Source of the DNA: Trueperaceae bacterium
GTDB lineage: Bacteria > Deinococcota > Deinococci > Deinococcales > Trueperaceae
Direction: 5' to 3'
DNA: 64,000 nt
Assembly (NCBI GenBank): GCA_034520945.1
Contig: JAXHNB010000002.1
Location: forward strand, 1-64,000
Shown piece by piece: positions 18,333-27,968 of the stretch. Position 1 is the stretch's first letter, and each line of letters starts with the position of its first letter. Below the pieces are notes generated by a model that searched no databases, was not told the origin of the DNA, and worked only from the letters and a program-made list of their open reading frames with translations. Both the position numbers and the translations under genes were made by a program.

Positions 18333-19283
18333 GTGAACATCGCCATGATCGGCAGCGGCGGCTTCGCGGCGCGCCACCTGCAGACGCTCGCCCCGCGCGA
18401 CGACGTCCAGGTCGTCGGGCACGTGGCCCGCACGCGTGACAGCAGCGAGCGGGCGGCCAGGCACTGGGGCGGTCGCGCCTACGACGACGTCGCGGCCCTC
18501 TTGCGGGCCGAACGGGTGGACGCCGCTTGGGTCACGGTTCCGCCCGACGCGCACGACGGCGTGGACGAGCTGCTGATCGAACAGGGCGTGCCGTTCCTGG
18601 TCGAGAAGCCGCTCTCCGCGGACCGCGCCACGGCGGCGCGCATCGGCCGGTCGCTCGACGCCGCCGGCCTGGTCACGGCGGTGGGATACCAGTGGCGCGC
18701 GATGGACACGCTTCCAGAGGTGCGGCGTGCCCTCGGCGAGCACCCGGTGCGGATGGTGCGCGGCGCCTGGCACGGGGACCTGCCGGCCCCCGCGTGGTGG
18801 CGGGCGCAGGCGCGCAGCGGCGGGCAGATGGTGGAGCAGGCCACGCACCTGTTCGACCTGGCCCGGCACCTGCTGGGCGAGGCGCGCGTCACGCACGCCG
18901 CGGAGGGCGACCCGCGCGCGCGGCAGGGCGCACCGGAGGTGGACGTCGCCGGCGTGTCCAGCGCGTCGCTACGTTTCGAAGCGGGGCCGCTGGGCGTGTT
19001 CACCGCCGTCAACGTGCTGCCGGCCGCCTCCGAGGTGCAGCTGCAGTTGCTCTGCGACGGGCTGGAGGTCACCATCACGCGGGAAGGGGCGGTACTGGAC
19101 GACGGGCGTGAGCGCCGCGAACTGCGGCGCATGGCGGACCCGGTCGCGACACAGAACGACGCGTTCCTACGAGCGGTGCGCGCGGGTGACCCGTCGGGCC
19201 CCCTCAGCACCTACCCGGATGCGCTCCGGACGCACCATCTAACGTTCGACGTACTGGACGCGTTCCGCAACGAACGACCCTGA
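18333..19283 (+). CDS. Gfo/Idh/MocA family oxidoreductase
   Basis: IGSGGFA, LVEKPL and GGQMVEQATHLFD; GGAGGA RBS before GTG 18333. Confidence 0.9.
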   Translation: MNIAMIGSGGFAARHLQTLAPRDDVQVVGHVARTRDSSERAARHWGGRAYDDVAALLRAERVDAAWVTVPPDAHDGVDELLIEQGVPFLVEKPLSADRATAARIGRSLDAAGLVTAVGYQWRAMDTLPEVRRALGEHPVRMVRGAWHGDLPAPAWWRAQARSGGQMVEQATHLFDLARHLLGEARVTHAAEGDPRARQGAPEVDVAGVSSASLRFEAGPLGVFTAVNVLPAASEVQLQLLCDGLEVTITREGAVLDDGRERRELRRMADPVATQNDAFLRAVRAGDPSGPLSTYPDALRTHHLTFDVLDAFRNERP

Positions 19284-19321
19284 CCGGCTGATCGTACGCG
19301 CCGGGGGCCGTGTCTAAACCC

Positions 19322-19349
19322 TTGACAAGAATGTTGTAGAGATACAACA
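19322..19349 (+). promoter_or_regulatory. -35 box (TTGACA) followed by the inverted repeat TGTTGTA-N4-TACAACA, probable XRE operator
   Basis: TTGACA at 19322-19327; perfect 7-bp IR at 19332-19349 in an AT-rich patch upstream of the XRE gene. Confidence 0.7.
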
Positions 19350-19430
19350 ATGCACAGTATCCCTGCGTAGGGCAGGGCCGTGGGCTCGTGACCGCGAGCG
19401 CGCCGTCCGGCCAAGGGAAGGAGGAGACCG

Positions 19431-19703
19431 GTGGCCCCCGACAAGCGACGTCTCTACAACCGGATCGCCGTGTTGCGGGTCGAGCGCGGCCTGGGACGAA
19501 AAAAGCTGGCCGACGCGGTCGGTGTGAACGTCCAGACGGTCGGCTACCTGGAGCGCGGCGAGTACAACCCCAGCCTCGACCTGGCCTTCCGCCTCGCCGA
19601 GTTCTTCGAGCTGCCCGTCGAAGCGGTCTTTTCGACACGTCCCTTCCGCCCGCTGCACGAGACCCTGGCGGGCCCGAACATCGACCCTGGAGGTGCACGA
19701 TGA
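19431..19703 (+). CDS. XRE/Cro-C1 HTH transcriptional regulator
   Basis: NRIAVLRVERGL..LADAVGVNVQTVGYLERGEYNPSLDLAFRLA; AGGAGG RBS. Confidence 0.93.
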   Translation: MAPDKRRLYNRIAVLRVERGLGRKKLADAVGVNVQTVGYLERGEYNPSLDLAFRLAEFFELPVEAVFSTRPFRPLHETLAGPNIDPGGAR

Positions 19704-20176
19704 CGCACGCGAATCGACGCTTCGAAGGACCCATCGGCCGTGCGCAAAGGCGCGTGCTGGTCGTGGTGGCGCTGGTGGCGATCACCATCGCGCTCGTGCT
19801 GACCCAGTTCGACGGGCTCCTTGTCAACATGGGATTCTGGGTCGCGCTCATCGTGTGGACCGGGGTCTACGTGCGCGTGGACCGGGCGCTTCACGGCATC
19901 CCGAAGCGGGATACCGACCGTCTGGACGAACGCGAGCTGGCGCTCCGGAACGACGCGTACCACGGTGCCTACCGCGTGATCACCGCGCTCGGCGTGCTGC
20001 TGCTGGTCACCGCGGTGGGGATGACGCTTCTCGCCCGGGGGAACGGGCTCGCGGTGGATGCGCTGTTGCGTGTCGCGCTCCTGATGCTGGGTGGCTACGT
20101 CGCCGTGGTGCTGAGCCTGCCGTGTATGTGGCTGGCGTGGATCCTGCCCGATCCCGTGGACGAAGAAGGGGCGTGA
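19700..20176 (+). CDS. Membrane protein (about 4 TM, DERE motif; DUF2178-like) coupled to the XRE gene
   Basis: ATGA overlap; LDERELALRNDAYHGAY between hydrophobic helices. Confidence 0.75.
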   Translation: MTHANRRFEGPIGRAQRRVLVVVALVAITIALVLTQFDGLLVNMGFWVALIVWTGVYVRVDRALHGIPKRDTDRLDERELALRNDAYHGAYRVITALGVLLLVTAVGMTLLARGNGLAVDALLRVALLMLGGYVAVVLSLPCMWLAWILPDPVDEEGA

Positions 20177-20207
20177 TGGGTGACGCTCTGCAGGACTTCG
20201 CCCACGT

Positions 20208-21923
20208 TCAGAGCGTGACGTCTTCGCTGAGCAACCCCGTCGCGCCGCTGGGGCGCACGGGGTTGCGCGCCTCGATCTGAGCCTCGCCGTTTCCGTCGAC
20301 GCAGCGCACGGTGAAGGTGTGCGATCCCTCCTCGAACGGCCAGTCGAAGCGCCACACCACCCAGGTGGTGCCGGACAGCGGGCGGCGCAGCCGGGCCTCC
20401 TGCCACGGGCCGTCGTCCACCTGGACCTCGACGCGGGAGATGCCGCGGGCGCCGGCGTGGGCGATGCCCCCGACGGGGATGCGCGCGGGGCCTTCCCCGT
20501 CGGTGATCCGCGACTCGGTGGCGACGGTATCGATGACGGAGGTCGCATGCATGCGCGCTTCGGCGTCCCAGCCGCGGTCGACCCAGTAGCCTTCCTGCCA
20601 CCCGTCGATGGCTTCGATGCGTTCGATCCACTTGGGCTGCTTCATGCCGTAGAGGTCGGGAATGTAGACGCGCAGGGGGAAGCCGTTGCGCTGCGGGAGT
20701 GGCAGCCCGTCCCAAGCGTAGCTCAGCATCACGCGCTCGTCGGCGAGGATGTCCTCGATGGCGAGGATCTCGTAGAAGCCGTCGACGGAGGAGATGCGGA
20801 GGTGGGTGGCTTCATTGCGCAGGCCCAGGTCGGGCAGCAGCCGCTGCATCGACACGCCGGTCCAGCGCTGGGTTCCGATCAGGTCGCCGCCCAGACGGTT
20901 GGAGATGCACGCCAGCGTGACGAACTGGTGCATGGGCGGGTACGCCCGCAGGTCTTCCAGGCCGAAGGTGCGGGCCTCCTCGACCAGCCCGTCCACGCGC
21001 AGCCGCCACTCATTGCCGTCCACACGGGGCGGCGTCATGTTGATGTCGATGCGGTAGTGCTCCGCCAGCGGCGTGAACTCGCGCCGGGTGCCGGGCGCGG
21101 GCGCGACCTCCGCACCCTCGTTGGGCAGCGGGTTCTGCTGCGACCACGGAACCTCGGCCGACCCGCCGCCGGACGCCCCGTTGCCGGACGCCCCGCCGCC
21201 GGAGGCGTCCGTGCCGCGGGGACCGGGCATCTCGTCGCGCAGGTAGGTGCCCAGCCCCGCCCCGGCCACGGTCACCAGCGCCGTCGCGCCTCCCAAACGG
21301 ATCAGGAACCGCCGGCGGTCCAGTCGGGCGAGGGTGCCCTCGTTCACACCCGGGGCACCGGTCGGACCCTCACCGGCCTTCTCTCCCTGCGGGTCGCTGG
21401 CCTGGGGCGCTCGCGCTGGGGTGGCAGCAAGCCGTGCGTGCGCCCAGCCCAAGGCGGCCCCCCATCCCGCGAACGCCACGAGCAGCCACGCCAGGCTGGG
21501 CAGCGGCGCGCCTTGGACGGTGGCGTTCACCTGCAGGCCGACCAGGAACGCCAGGGCCCCGACGAGCGCGCCGGTCGCCGTGGCAGAGCGCAGCGAGGGT
21601 CCCCTCCGGCGTGACGACACCGCGAACGTCGCACCGCCGATCACGACGCCAGCAAGCAGGAAGATCACCAAAGCCAGGATCTGCTCCGCGGTCTTGGCCA
21701 CCTCGGCGACGGCACCGAGGTTCAGCAGCGTGATGGTGTCCACGATGGTGTCGATGCCGAAGGTGACGACCGGGCCGGGCAGGACGCGTGCCAACCAATC
21801 GAAAAGGTCGAAGGGCACGAACGGCGCGCCGGCCAGCCCGCCCGCGGCGAAGAGCACTGCGGCCAAGGCCGCCGTGAGGAGCGCCCCGACCCACGCTCCG
21901 CTCAGGAACCCGGGCCGTCTCAT
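20208..21923 (-). CDS. Polytopic sulfite-oxidase-family (MsrP/YedY-like) molybdoenzyme
   Basis: TLACISN (Mo-ligand Cys), GFPLR..YGMKQPKW, C-terminal dimerisation domain; N-terminal TMs followed by internal DRRRFL. Confidence 0.88.
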   Translation of the reverse strand: MRRPGFLSGAWVGALLTAALAAVLFAAGGLAGAPFVPFDLFDWLARVLPGPVVTFGIDTIVDTITLLNLGAVAEVAKTAEQILALVIFLLAGVVIGGATFAVSSRRRGPSLRSATATGALVGALAFLVGLQVNATVQGAPLPSLAWLLVAFAGWGAALGWAHARLAATPARAPQASDPQGEKAGEGPTGAPGVNEGTLARLDRRRFLIRLGGATALVTVAGAGLGTYLRDEMPGPRGTDASGGGASGNGASGGGSAEVPWSQQNPLPNEGAEVAPAPGTRREFTPLAEHYRIDINMTPPRVDGNEWRLRVDGLVEEARTFGLEDLRAYPPMHQFVTLACISNRLGGDLIGTQRWTGVSMQRLLPDLGLRNEATHLRISSVDGFYEILAIEDILADERVMLSYAWDGLPLPQRNGFPLRVYIPDLYGMKQPKWIERIEAIDGWQEGYWVDRGWDAEARMHATSVIDTVATESRITDGEGPARIPVGGIAHAGARGISRVEVQVDDGPWQEARLRRPLSGTTWVVWRFDWPFEEGSHTFTVRCVDGNGEAQIEARNPVRPSGATGLLSEDVTL

Positions 21924-22056
21924 GATGCGGCCGCCGCGCGGTGCGAACCGTGGATCCAGGCACGACTCCAGGCCATCGTGACCACCCTTCCGCGAAGGAC
22001 CCGATCGCTCTCTTCGCAGCTTCCTTCACGTTAGCAGCTTGGGTCGGGCGCGCGCG

Positions 22057-23016
22057 TCACGCGCCCCGGTCCGGGCGCAGGGCGGCCGCGGCGCGGCCCA
22101 GGGCGCGGAAGCGCGCCCCTGCGATCTCGACCCCGAACACCTCGGCGATGACGGCGCTCCAGCCGTGCAGGAAGTACACCCAGCCGTCCTCGACCCCGAG
22201 GCCGCGTGCGTCTTGCTGCCGCCGGGCCTGCTGCAGGAAGTCGAGTTCGCCCCGGTAGTTCAGCTCCCAGGCCAGCCCGCCCTGGGGGAAGGGGGCCGCG
22301 TCGCGGATCGGCGAGCCGGGCAGGTCCTTGCCCATGCCGGTGGCGTTGATGACCATCGAGCCGGGCGGCAGCGCTTGGACCATGGCGTCGTTGCGGGCCG
22401 GGTCGTCGCTCAGCACGCGGTCGAAGGTAATGTCGGTGTCCAGCGCCTCGTGGACCGAGCGCAGGTGTTCGAGGCGCCTTTGGTCCACCTCCACGAACGT
22501 CATGCGGCGTGGGCGGTCGTCCGGGTCGGGGAAGTCGGCGGCCGCCACGCTGAGCGCCACCGCCGCGCCGCCCCCGCCGAAGCACAGCACCTCCGCGTCG
22601 CCCGCGAAGTGCTCGGCGGGCACGAAGGCGCGCCAGGCCGACGCCGAGGTGATTGGGTCCTTGGCGAAGCCGAGGAGTCGCCCATCGCGCGCGGCCAGGC
22701 ACGACACCTCGCCGCAGGTGCGGGCGTAGGGGTCCAAGTCGTCGACGAGGTCGCCGGCGGCCTGCAGCACGGCGATCTTGTGGCTCGTGACCAGGGCGCC
22801 CCGCGCGAGGTCGTCCTCGCGGAGGTGCCGGACGATGGCGCGGTACGCCTCGGGGGGTGCGTCCAGGGCGGCGTCGTAGCCGCGGATGACGGCGTCCAGG
22901 TTCAACTCCTCGGCCCAGCGCGGGAACACGCGCATGATGGAGGAGCCGGCGGTGCGCACGCCCACGAAGTACAGCGTCGGGCGGTCGCAGGGTGGGGGCG
23001 GGGGGTAGGGGGCCAT
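22057..23016 (-). CDS. Shikimate-dehydrogenase-like protein of unknown substrate
   Basis: GALVTSHK, FGGGGAA, INATGMG, WELNY and DGW; divergent from canonical AroE. Confidence 0.75.
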   Translation of the reverse strand: MAPYPPPPPCDRPTLYFVGVRTAGSSIMRVFPRWAEELNLDAVIRGYDAALDAPPEAYRAIVRHLREDDLARGALVTSHKIAVLQAAGDLVDDLDPYARTCGEVSCLAARDGRLLGFAKDPITSASAWRAFVPAEHFAGDAEVLCFGGGGAAVALSVAAADFPDPDDRPRRMTFVEVDQRRLEHLRSVHEALDTDITFDRVLSDDPARNDAMVQALPPGSMVINATGMGKDLPGSPIRDAAPFPQGGLAWELNYRGELDFLQQARRQQDARGLGVEDGWVYFLHGWSAVIAEVFGVEIAGARFRALGRAAAALRPDRGA

Positions 23017-23025
23017 GTGCCGCTC

Positions 23026-23742
23026 CTATGCGCCTGTGCGCGGGACGCCTGTGCAGGCCCGGACAATGGCGCCGGCCAGCACCTCGGCCGGGTCCAACAG
23101 CGGGACGGGTCCGGCGTTCGGGGCGACCATGGCCAACTCGGTGCAACCCAGCAGCACCCGCGGTGCGCCGCGTCGCGCCAGGCCGTCCACGAGGGAGCGC
23201 AGTTCCGCACGGAGTTCCTCTTCGTCCGCGCCGATCTTGACCCCTGCGATCACGGCGTCCAGCCGGGCCTGGGCCTCCTCGTCGGCGTCGAGGACCGCGA
23301 CGCCGCGCGCCTCGAAGCGGTCGTGGTACAGCCGTGCGCGGCGGGTGCCGCGGGTGGCCAGGATCCCGGTCGCCTGGGGCGCGCTCGGCCCTGCCAGGGC
23401 GGCGTCGACCGCCAGGTCGATCATGTGCAGGAAGGGCACGTTGGTCGCGGCGGTGATCTCGTCCGCCCAGGCGTGCGCGGTGTTGCACGGCATAACCAGC
23501 ACCTCCGCGCCCGCCTCGACGAGAGACCGCGTCATCCGTGCCAGCTCCGGGCCCGGGCTGGGGCCGGTGCCGTCCAAGGCCGGCACGCGGGCCGGGACGT
23601 GCGGGTTCAGGTCGACCAACATGTGGACGTGATCGGCCTCGCGTTGGGCGGGGGTGCGCGCGATCACGCGACGCATCAGGTCCAGCGTCGCTTGCGGCCC
23701 CATGCCGCCCAGGATGCCCAACGTGCGGCGCTGTGGGTCCAT
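23026..23742 (-). CDS. Aspartate/glutamate racemase family protein
   Basis: LGILGGMGPQAT, MPCNTAH and LGCTEL (both catalytic Cys). Confidence 0.92.
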   Translation of the reverse strand: MDPQRRTLGILGGMGPQATLDLMRRVIARTPAQREADHVHMLVDLNPHVPARVPALDGTGPSPGPELARMTRSLVEAGAEVLVMPCNTAHAWADEITAATNVPFLHMIDLAVDAALAGPSAPQATGILATRGTRRARLYHDRFEARGVAVLDADEEAQARLDAVIAGVKIGADEEELRAELRSLVDGLARRGAPRVLLGCTELAMVAPNAGPVPLLDPAEVLAGAIVRACTGVPRTGA

Positions 23743-23798
23743 GACGCCGGCCTCCTTCGTAGCCCCCCGCCTGCAGCGTACCCCCGTGGCCGCAGGAC

Positions 23799-24914
23799 TC
23801 AACCCGAGGAGATCTCTTCGAGCGGCACGGCGCGCCGTTCCTCCAACGACCGGTAGCACGCCTCGACCAGCGCCATGGTGGCCAGGTTGTCCCGGCCGTT
23901 CACCTCCGCGACCGGTTCGCCGTCGTGCACCGCGCGCATCAGCGCCGCCATGGGGCCGGCGAAGGCGTCGGGGAACCAGGCGTAGGGCCAGCGCGGCCGG
24001 TACCAGCCGCCTCCATGCACGCTGCTCACGTCGATGGTGGAGGGGACCCGCTGCGGGAAGGCCGGCCAGCCGACCGTTCCCTGCGCCATGCCGTCGGTGC
24101 CCTCCACCCGCCAGCGAATGTGGTCATTGCGCGCAGCGCCTTCGCCGGGGCCCGCCCATACGTCGTCCCAGCCGGCGGCACGCAGGCCGCCGGCGTACTC
24201 CAGCACGTACAGCGCGATGCCGTCGCGGTGCGGAAACGTCGTGCGCGGGTCGCTGCGGGCGCTCGCGAACACGCGTTCCGGCTGCCCGAACAGGAACCGG
24301 AACGCGTCCAGGTGGTGAATGCTCATGTTCAGCAGCGTCAGGCGGTCCTCGCCCCGCAGGTAGTCCTGCCAGTGGGGCACGGCGCGCATCTCGATCGTGG
24401 CCAGCACCGGCGTGCCCAGGACGCCGCGTTCCAGCAGCTTCGCGAGGGCCCGGATGCCGTGGTCGAACCGCATGTTCTGGTTGACCGCCAAAGGGATCCC
24501 GGCCTGCTCGCAGGTGCGCACGACCTCGGCGGCCTCCTCGAGGGTCGGCGCCAGCGGCTTCTGCGCCAGGATGCCGCGGACGTGGGGATGCCGGACGGCC
24601 TCGCGCACCACCTCCGCCTGTACGCGCGGCGGCACGGCGATGTCGACGATCTCGATGCTCGGGTCGGCCAGCAGCTCGGGGTAGGTGTCGTACGTCTTGG
24701 GCACGCCGCGCGCAACGGCGACGTCGCGGGCGTGCCGGGGCGTGCGCGACGCCAGGGCGGCCACGTTCAGGCCTGCCTCCCGGTAGGCGACCAACTGGAC
24801 GTCTCGCATGATGAAGCCGGCGCCGACGCAGCCGATCGCATAGTCGGTCTTGGCTGGCCAGGCCGGCAGCACGTCGTGCGGCAGGTCCAGCGTGGGGTCG
24901 GGCACAAGGGGCAC
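23799..24914 (-). CDS. Gfo/Idh/MocA family oxidoreductase (start approximate)
   Basis: IGCVGAGFI, LAQKPL, VNQNMR and NMSIHHLD. Confidence 0.88.
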   Translation of the reverse strand: MPLVPDPTLDLPHDVLPAWPAKTDYAIGCVGAGFIMRDVQLVAYREAGLNVAALASRTPRHARDVAVARGVPKTYDTYPELLADPSIEIVDIAVPPRVQAEVVREAVRHPHVRGILAQKPLAPTLEEAAEVVRTCEQAGIPLAVNQNMRFDHGIRALAKLLERGVLGTPVLATIEMRAVPHWQDYLRGEDRLTLLNMSIHHLDAFRFLFGQPERVFASARSDPRTTFPHRDGIALYVLEYAGGLRAAGWDDVWAGPGEGAARNDHIRWRVEGTDGMAQGTVGWPAFPQRVPSTIDVSSVHGGGWYRPRWPYAWFPDAFAGPMAALMRAVHDGEPVAEVNGRDNLATMALVEACYRSLEERRAVPLEEISSG

Positions 24915-24924
24915 GGGTCCCGCG

Positions 24925-25689
24925 TCAGGCAGCCGACGCGCCGGTGATGATGTGTTCGACCGCTTCGATGGTCGTCTGGTTGGGGTCGACGTCGTTGGCG
25001 ACGACCTTGCCGTTGCGGAGCACCACGATGCGGTCGACGACCTGGAACACGTGGTGGATGTTGTGCGCGATGAACACCAGGGAGTGGCCCGAGTCGCGTG
25101 CGCCGCGCATGAAGCGCAGTACGCCCTGCGTTTCGTCGACGCCGAGGTTGTTGGTCGGTTCGTCCAGGACGACCAGGTCACTGTCGAAGTACAACGCCCG
25201 GGCGATCGACACCGCCTGGCGTTCGCCCCCGGACAGGAAGCTTACAGGCGTGGTGGCGGGCAGGTCCTTGACGATGCCGATGCGGTTCAGAAGTTCGCCC
25301 GCGATGCGGTTCATGGCCTGCTTGTCCATGCGGTTCATGAAGCGCGGGCCCTTGAGCGGCTCGCGGCCGAGGAACAGGTTGCGCGCGATGGAGAGGCCGG
25401 GCACGATCGCGGAGTCCTGGTGGATCGTCTCGATCCCGTGCGCGATGGCGTCGGTGGTGTTGCGGATCTGGACCTTCTGGCCGCGTACGTAGATCTGGCC
25501 GCTCGTGGCCGTGGTCACGCCGGAGAGGATCTTGATCAGGGTCGACTTGCCGGCGCCGTTGTCGCCGAGAAGGCCGACGATCTCATTGGGGTACACGTTG
25601 AAGTCGACGCCGGCCAGCGCCGTTACGGGTCCGTACGACTTGTGGACGTCGCGCATGGAAATCAGGGGTTCGGCGGTGGTCGTCGTCAT
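24925..25689 (-). CDS. Sugar ABC transporter ATP-binding protein (single NBD)
   Basis: GDNGAGKST, LSGGERQ and LDEPT. Confidence 0.95.
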   Translation of the reverse strand: MTTTTAEPLISMRDVHKSYGPVTALAGVDFNVYPNEIVGLLGDNGAGKSTLIKILSGVTTATSGQIYVRGQKVQIRNTTDAIAHGIETIHQDSAIVPGLSIARNLFLGREPLKGPRFMNRMDKQAMNRIAGELLNRIGIVKDLPATTPVSFLSGGERQAVSIARALYFDSDLVVLDEPTNNLGVDETQGVLRFMRGARDSGHSLVFIAHNIHHVFQVVDRIVVLRNGKVVANDVDPNQTTIEAVEHIITGASAA

Positions 25690-26687
25690 CTTTCCCTCGC
25701 CGGGTTGGCCCGTTCCAGGTAGGACTGTAGCGCCATCATGATCAGGATCGTCAGGCCAACGAAGATGTTGTACGCCAGGCCGGGCACGCCGATCAGGACG
25801 ATGCCGTTGCGCATGATCCGGAGCATGAACACGCCGAGCAGGGTGCCGATGATAGTGCCGCGGCCGCCCAGCAACGCAGTGCCGCCGATCACGACCATGG
25901 CGATCACCTCGAGCTCGTAGCCGGTGCCGCTGTTGGGGTTGGCGGCCGCCACGCGGATCGAGCTGGTGATGCCGGCGTACGCCGCCATGAAGGCGGTCAG
26001 TACGAACAACCAGGTCTTGGTCGCGGTGACGCGCACGCCGCGGGCGCGCGCCGCGTTGGGGTTGCCGCCGGTCGCCTGGATCCAGTTGCCGTACTTGGAC
26101 TGCGTCAGGACGTAGCCCAGCACCAGCGTGAAGCCCAGGAACCACAGCAGCGAGGCGTAGACGCGAAAGTCGCCGATGTAGAAGGTGCCCACGATCACGT
26201 CCATGATGGGGCTGTCGGCGCGCCAGGTGCGTTGCGGGAAGCCGCTGGTGGTATACAGCGCCAAACCACGGATGGTCATCAGCATGCCCAGTGTCACCAG
26301 GAACGACGGGATCCGTAGCCGGGTGACCAGCGTGCCGTTCACCAGCCCGATCGCCACGGCGACGACGAGAGCGACGACAAAGCCGATCTCGAGCGGGACC
26401 CCACCTTCGTTGTACAGGGTCCACATCACGATCGGCGCGAACCCGAACACCGATCCGACCGACAGGTCGAACTCCCCGGCGGTGATCAGCATGGTCATCC
26501 CGAGGGCGATCATGCCCATCTCCGGGGCGAACGCCAGGATATTGCTGATGTTGCCGATGGAGAAGAAGTTGGAGGAGAGCGCCGAGAAAGCCACCAACTC
26601 GACGATGACGAGAATGAGAGGCAGCGACTCCGGCGTATTGTTGAGCCAGCGGACCAACGGAGGAGTGCGACGCATGGTGACGCTCAC
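25686..26687 (-). CDS. Sugar ABC transporter permease (RbsC type)
   Basis: GEFDLSVGS, IPSFLVTLG, GGNPNAA and YELEVIAMVVIGGT. Confidence 0.95.
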   Translation of the reverse strand: MSVTMRRTPPLVRWLNNTPESLPLILVIVELVAFSALSSNFFSIGNISNILAFAPEMGMIALGMTMLITAGEFDLSVGSVFGFAPIVMWTLYNEGGVPLEIGFVVALVVAVAIGLVNGTLVTRLRIPSFLVTLGMLMTIRGLALYTTSGFPQRTWRADSPIMDVIVGTFYIGDFRVYASLLWFLGFTLVLGYVLTQSKYGNWIQATGGNPNAARARGVRVTATKTWLFVLTAFMAAYAGITSSIRVAAANPNSGTGYELEVIAMVVIGGTALLGGRGTIIGTLLGVFMLRIMRNGIVLIGVPGLAYNIFVGLTILIMMALQSYLERANPARER

Positions 26688-26793
26688 TCTACCCTGCGAC
26701 GCGCGGAAACGAGGCTGGCGCGGGGCCAGCCTCGTCGGTGAGAACCGCCATGTTGCGGCGGCCGGGCGTCATGGTGATGGCAGCGCTGCCGCC

Positions 26794-27723
26794 TCACTGC
26801 ATGATGTCGAGGTAGATCTGCGCCGTGTCCTCTTCGTACAGGGTGCCGACGATGACGTCGAAGCCGGGCGGGACGCCGCTGTCCGCCATCTGGGCGATGG
26901 ACAGCGCCATGTAGCTGGTCGCCTGCGGGTCCTGCCACATGGCCGCATCGACGTAGCCGTCGAGGACCTCCTGGGCGGTATCGGCGGAGTTGCCCCAGCC
27001 GACCACGGGGATCTCGCCGGGCTGCACGCCGACCTGGTCGAACACACGGGCGATGCTGCCGGTCACCAGGTCGCCGAGGCCGATGATGGCGTCGATTTGG
27101 TCGCGGTTGGCCAGCAGGTAGTCCGACATGCGGGTGATGATCTGCGCTTGGTCCAGCGTCGCTTCGGTCACCTCGTACTCGACGCCCATGGGGTCGAACA
27201 CGCTGGCGATACCTTCGGTCGCGAGCACCTGGTAGGTGGCGCCTGGCACTTCGACCGGCATCCACACGAAGGAGCCCTCCTCGACGTGGCCGTTGTCGAC
27301 GAGGTACTGCGCCCAGCGGCGGCCGATATCGACGGTGTCGCCACCGACGTAGGCGTCACGCCCGCTGTCGGCGTCCTCGGTGTTCATGATGATCACCGGG
27401 ATGTCGTCTTCGTGCGCCTCGGCGATGACCTCGTCCAGCGTGCCGGGGTCCGGCGTGCTGGTCACGATGCCGGCGGCGCCTGAGGCGATCGCGGCGCGGA
27501 AGGCCTCCTGGTGCGAGGGCACGTCCCCGCTGTGGAACGAGGTGTTCACCGTCTTGCCGGTGTCGTCCGACCAGAGTTCGGCGCCCTCCAGGAAGTAGGT
27601 CCACACCGGGTCGGCCGGGTCGCCGTGGGAGATCCAGTAGAACGTTTCGTCCTGCGCGAAGGCGGGCATGAGGAGCCCCACGGTCAGAATCGCCGCGAGG
27701 ATGGTGAGGATGCGGTTGCGCAT
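26794..27723 (-). CDS. Sugar ABC transporter substrate-binding protein (RbsB-like fold)
   Basis: Signal peptide MRNRILTIL..AFAQ; SHGDPADPVW and IPVIIMN; operon context. Confidence 0.9.
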   Translation of the reverse strand: MRNRILTILAAILTVGLLMPAFAQDETFYWISHGDPADPVWTYFLEGAELWSDDTGKTVNTSFHSGDVPSHQEAFRAAIASGAAGIVTSTPDPGTLDEVIAEAHEDDIPVIIMNTEDADSGRDAYVGGDTVDIGRRWAQYLVDNGHVEEGSFVWMPVEVPGATYQVLATEGIASVFDPMGVEYEVTEATLDQAQIITRMSDYLLANRDQIDAIIGLGDLVTGSIARVFDQVGVQPGEIPVVGWGNSADTAQEVLDGYVDAAMWQDPQATSYMALSIAQMADSGVPPGFDVIVGTLYEEDTAQIYLDIMQ

Positions 27724-27845
27724 TCGAAGCCCTTTCATCCAGCTACCGGTGCGGGCGGGGACGCGTTGCGAAGCTGGAAGAGACAACGCGGCTCCGTCGA
27801 TCGAACACGTTGTGGAACGCAAAAGAATCGTAGCGTACCTACTCC

Positions 27846-27874
27846 AGCGTAGGGCCGGATTCACGGCCTGTCAA
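27846..27874 (-). promoter_or_regulatory. Sigma70-type promoter of the 22-27.7 kb operon
   Basis: TTGACA-17 nt-TACGCT on the minus strand. Confidence 0.7.
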
Positions 27875-27938
27875 GCGCATCGCACAGCGCGCGAGGTTCG
27901 TGGCACGCGCCACGAAACGGACACCACGCACCGAGGGC

Positions 27939-27968
27939 GGGGGCGCTCCCTCAGGGGGCGCTCCCTCA
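27939..27968. repeat. 15-bp tandem duplication (GGGGGCGCTCCCTCA x2)
   Basis: Exact copies at 27939-27953 and 27954-27968, including the ROK stop codon. Confidence 0.8.

Noticed and set aside
21160..21210. Short repeats CCGGACGCCCCG
   Set aside because: They encode a Gly/Ala/Ser linker in the Mo-enzyme.
22057..23016. Calling this gene aroE
   Set aside because: Canonical shikimate-binding motifs are altered and the context is catabolic.
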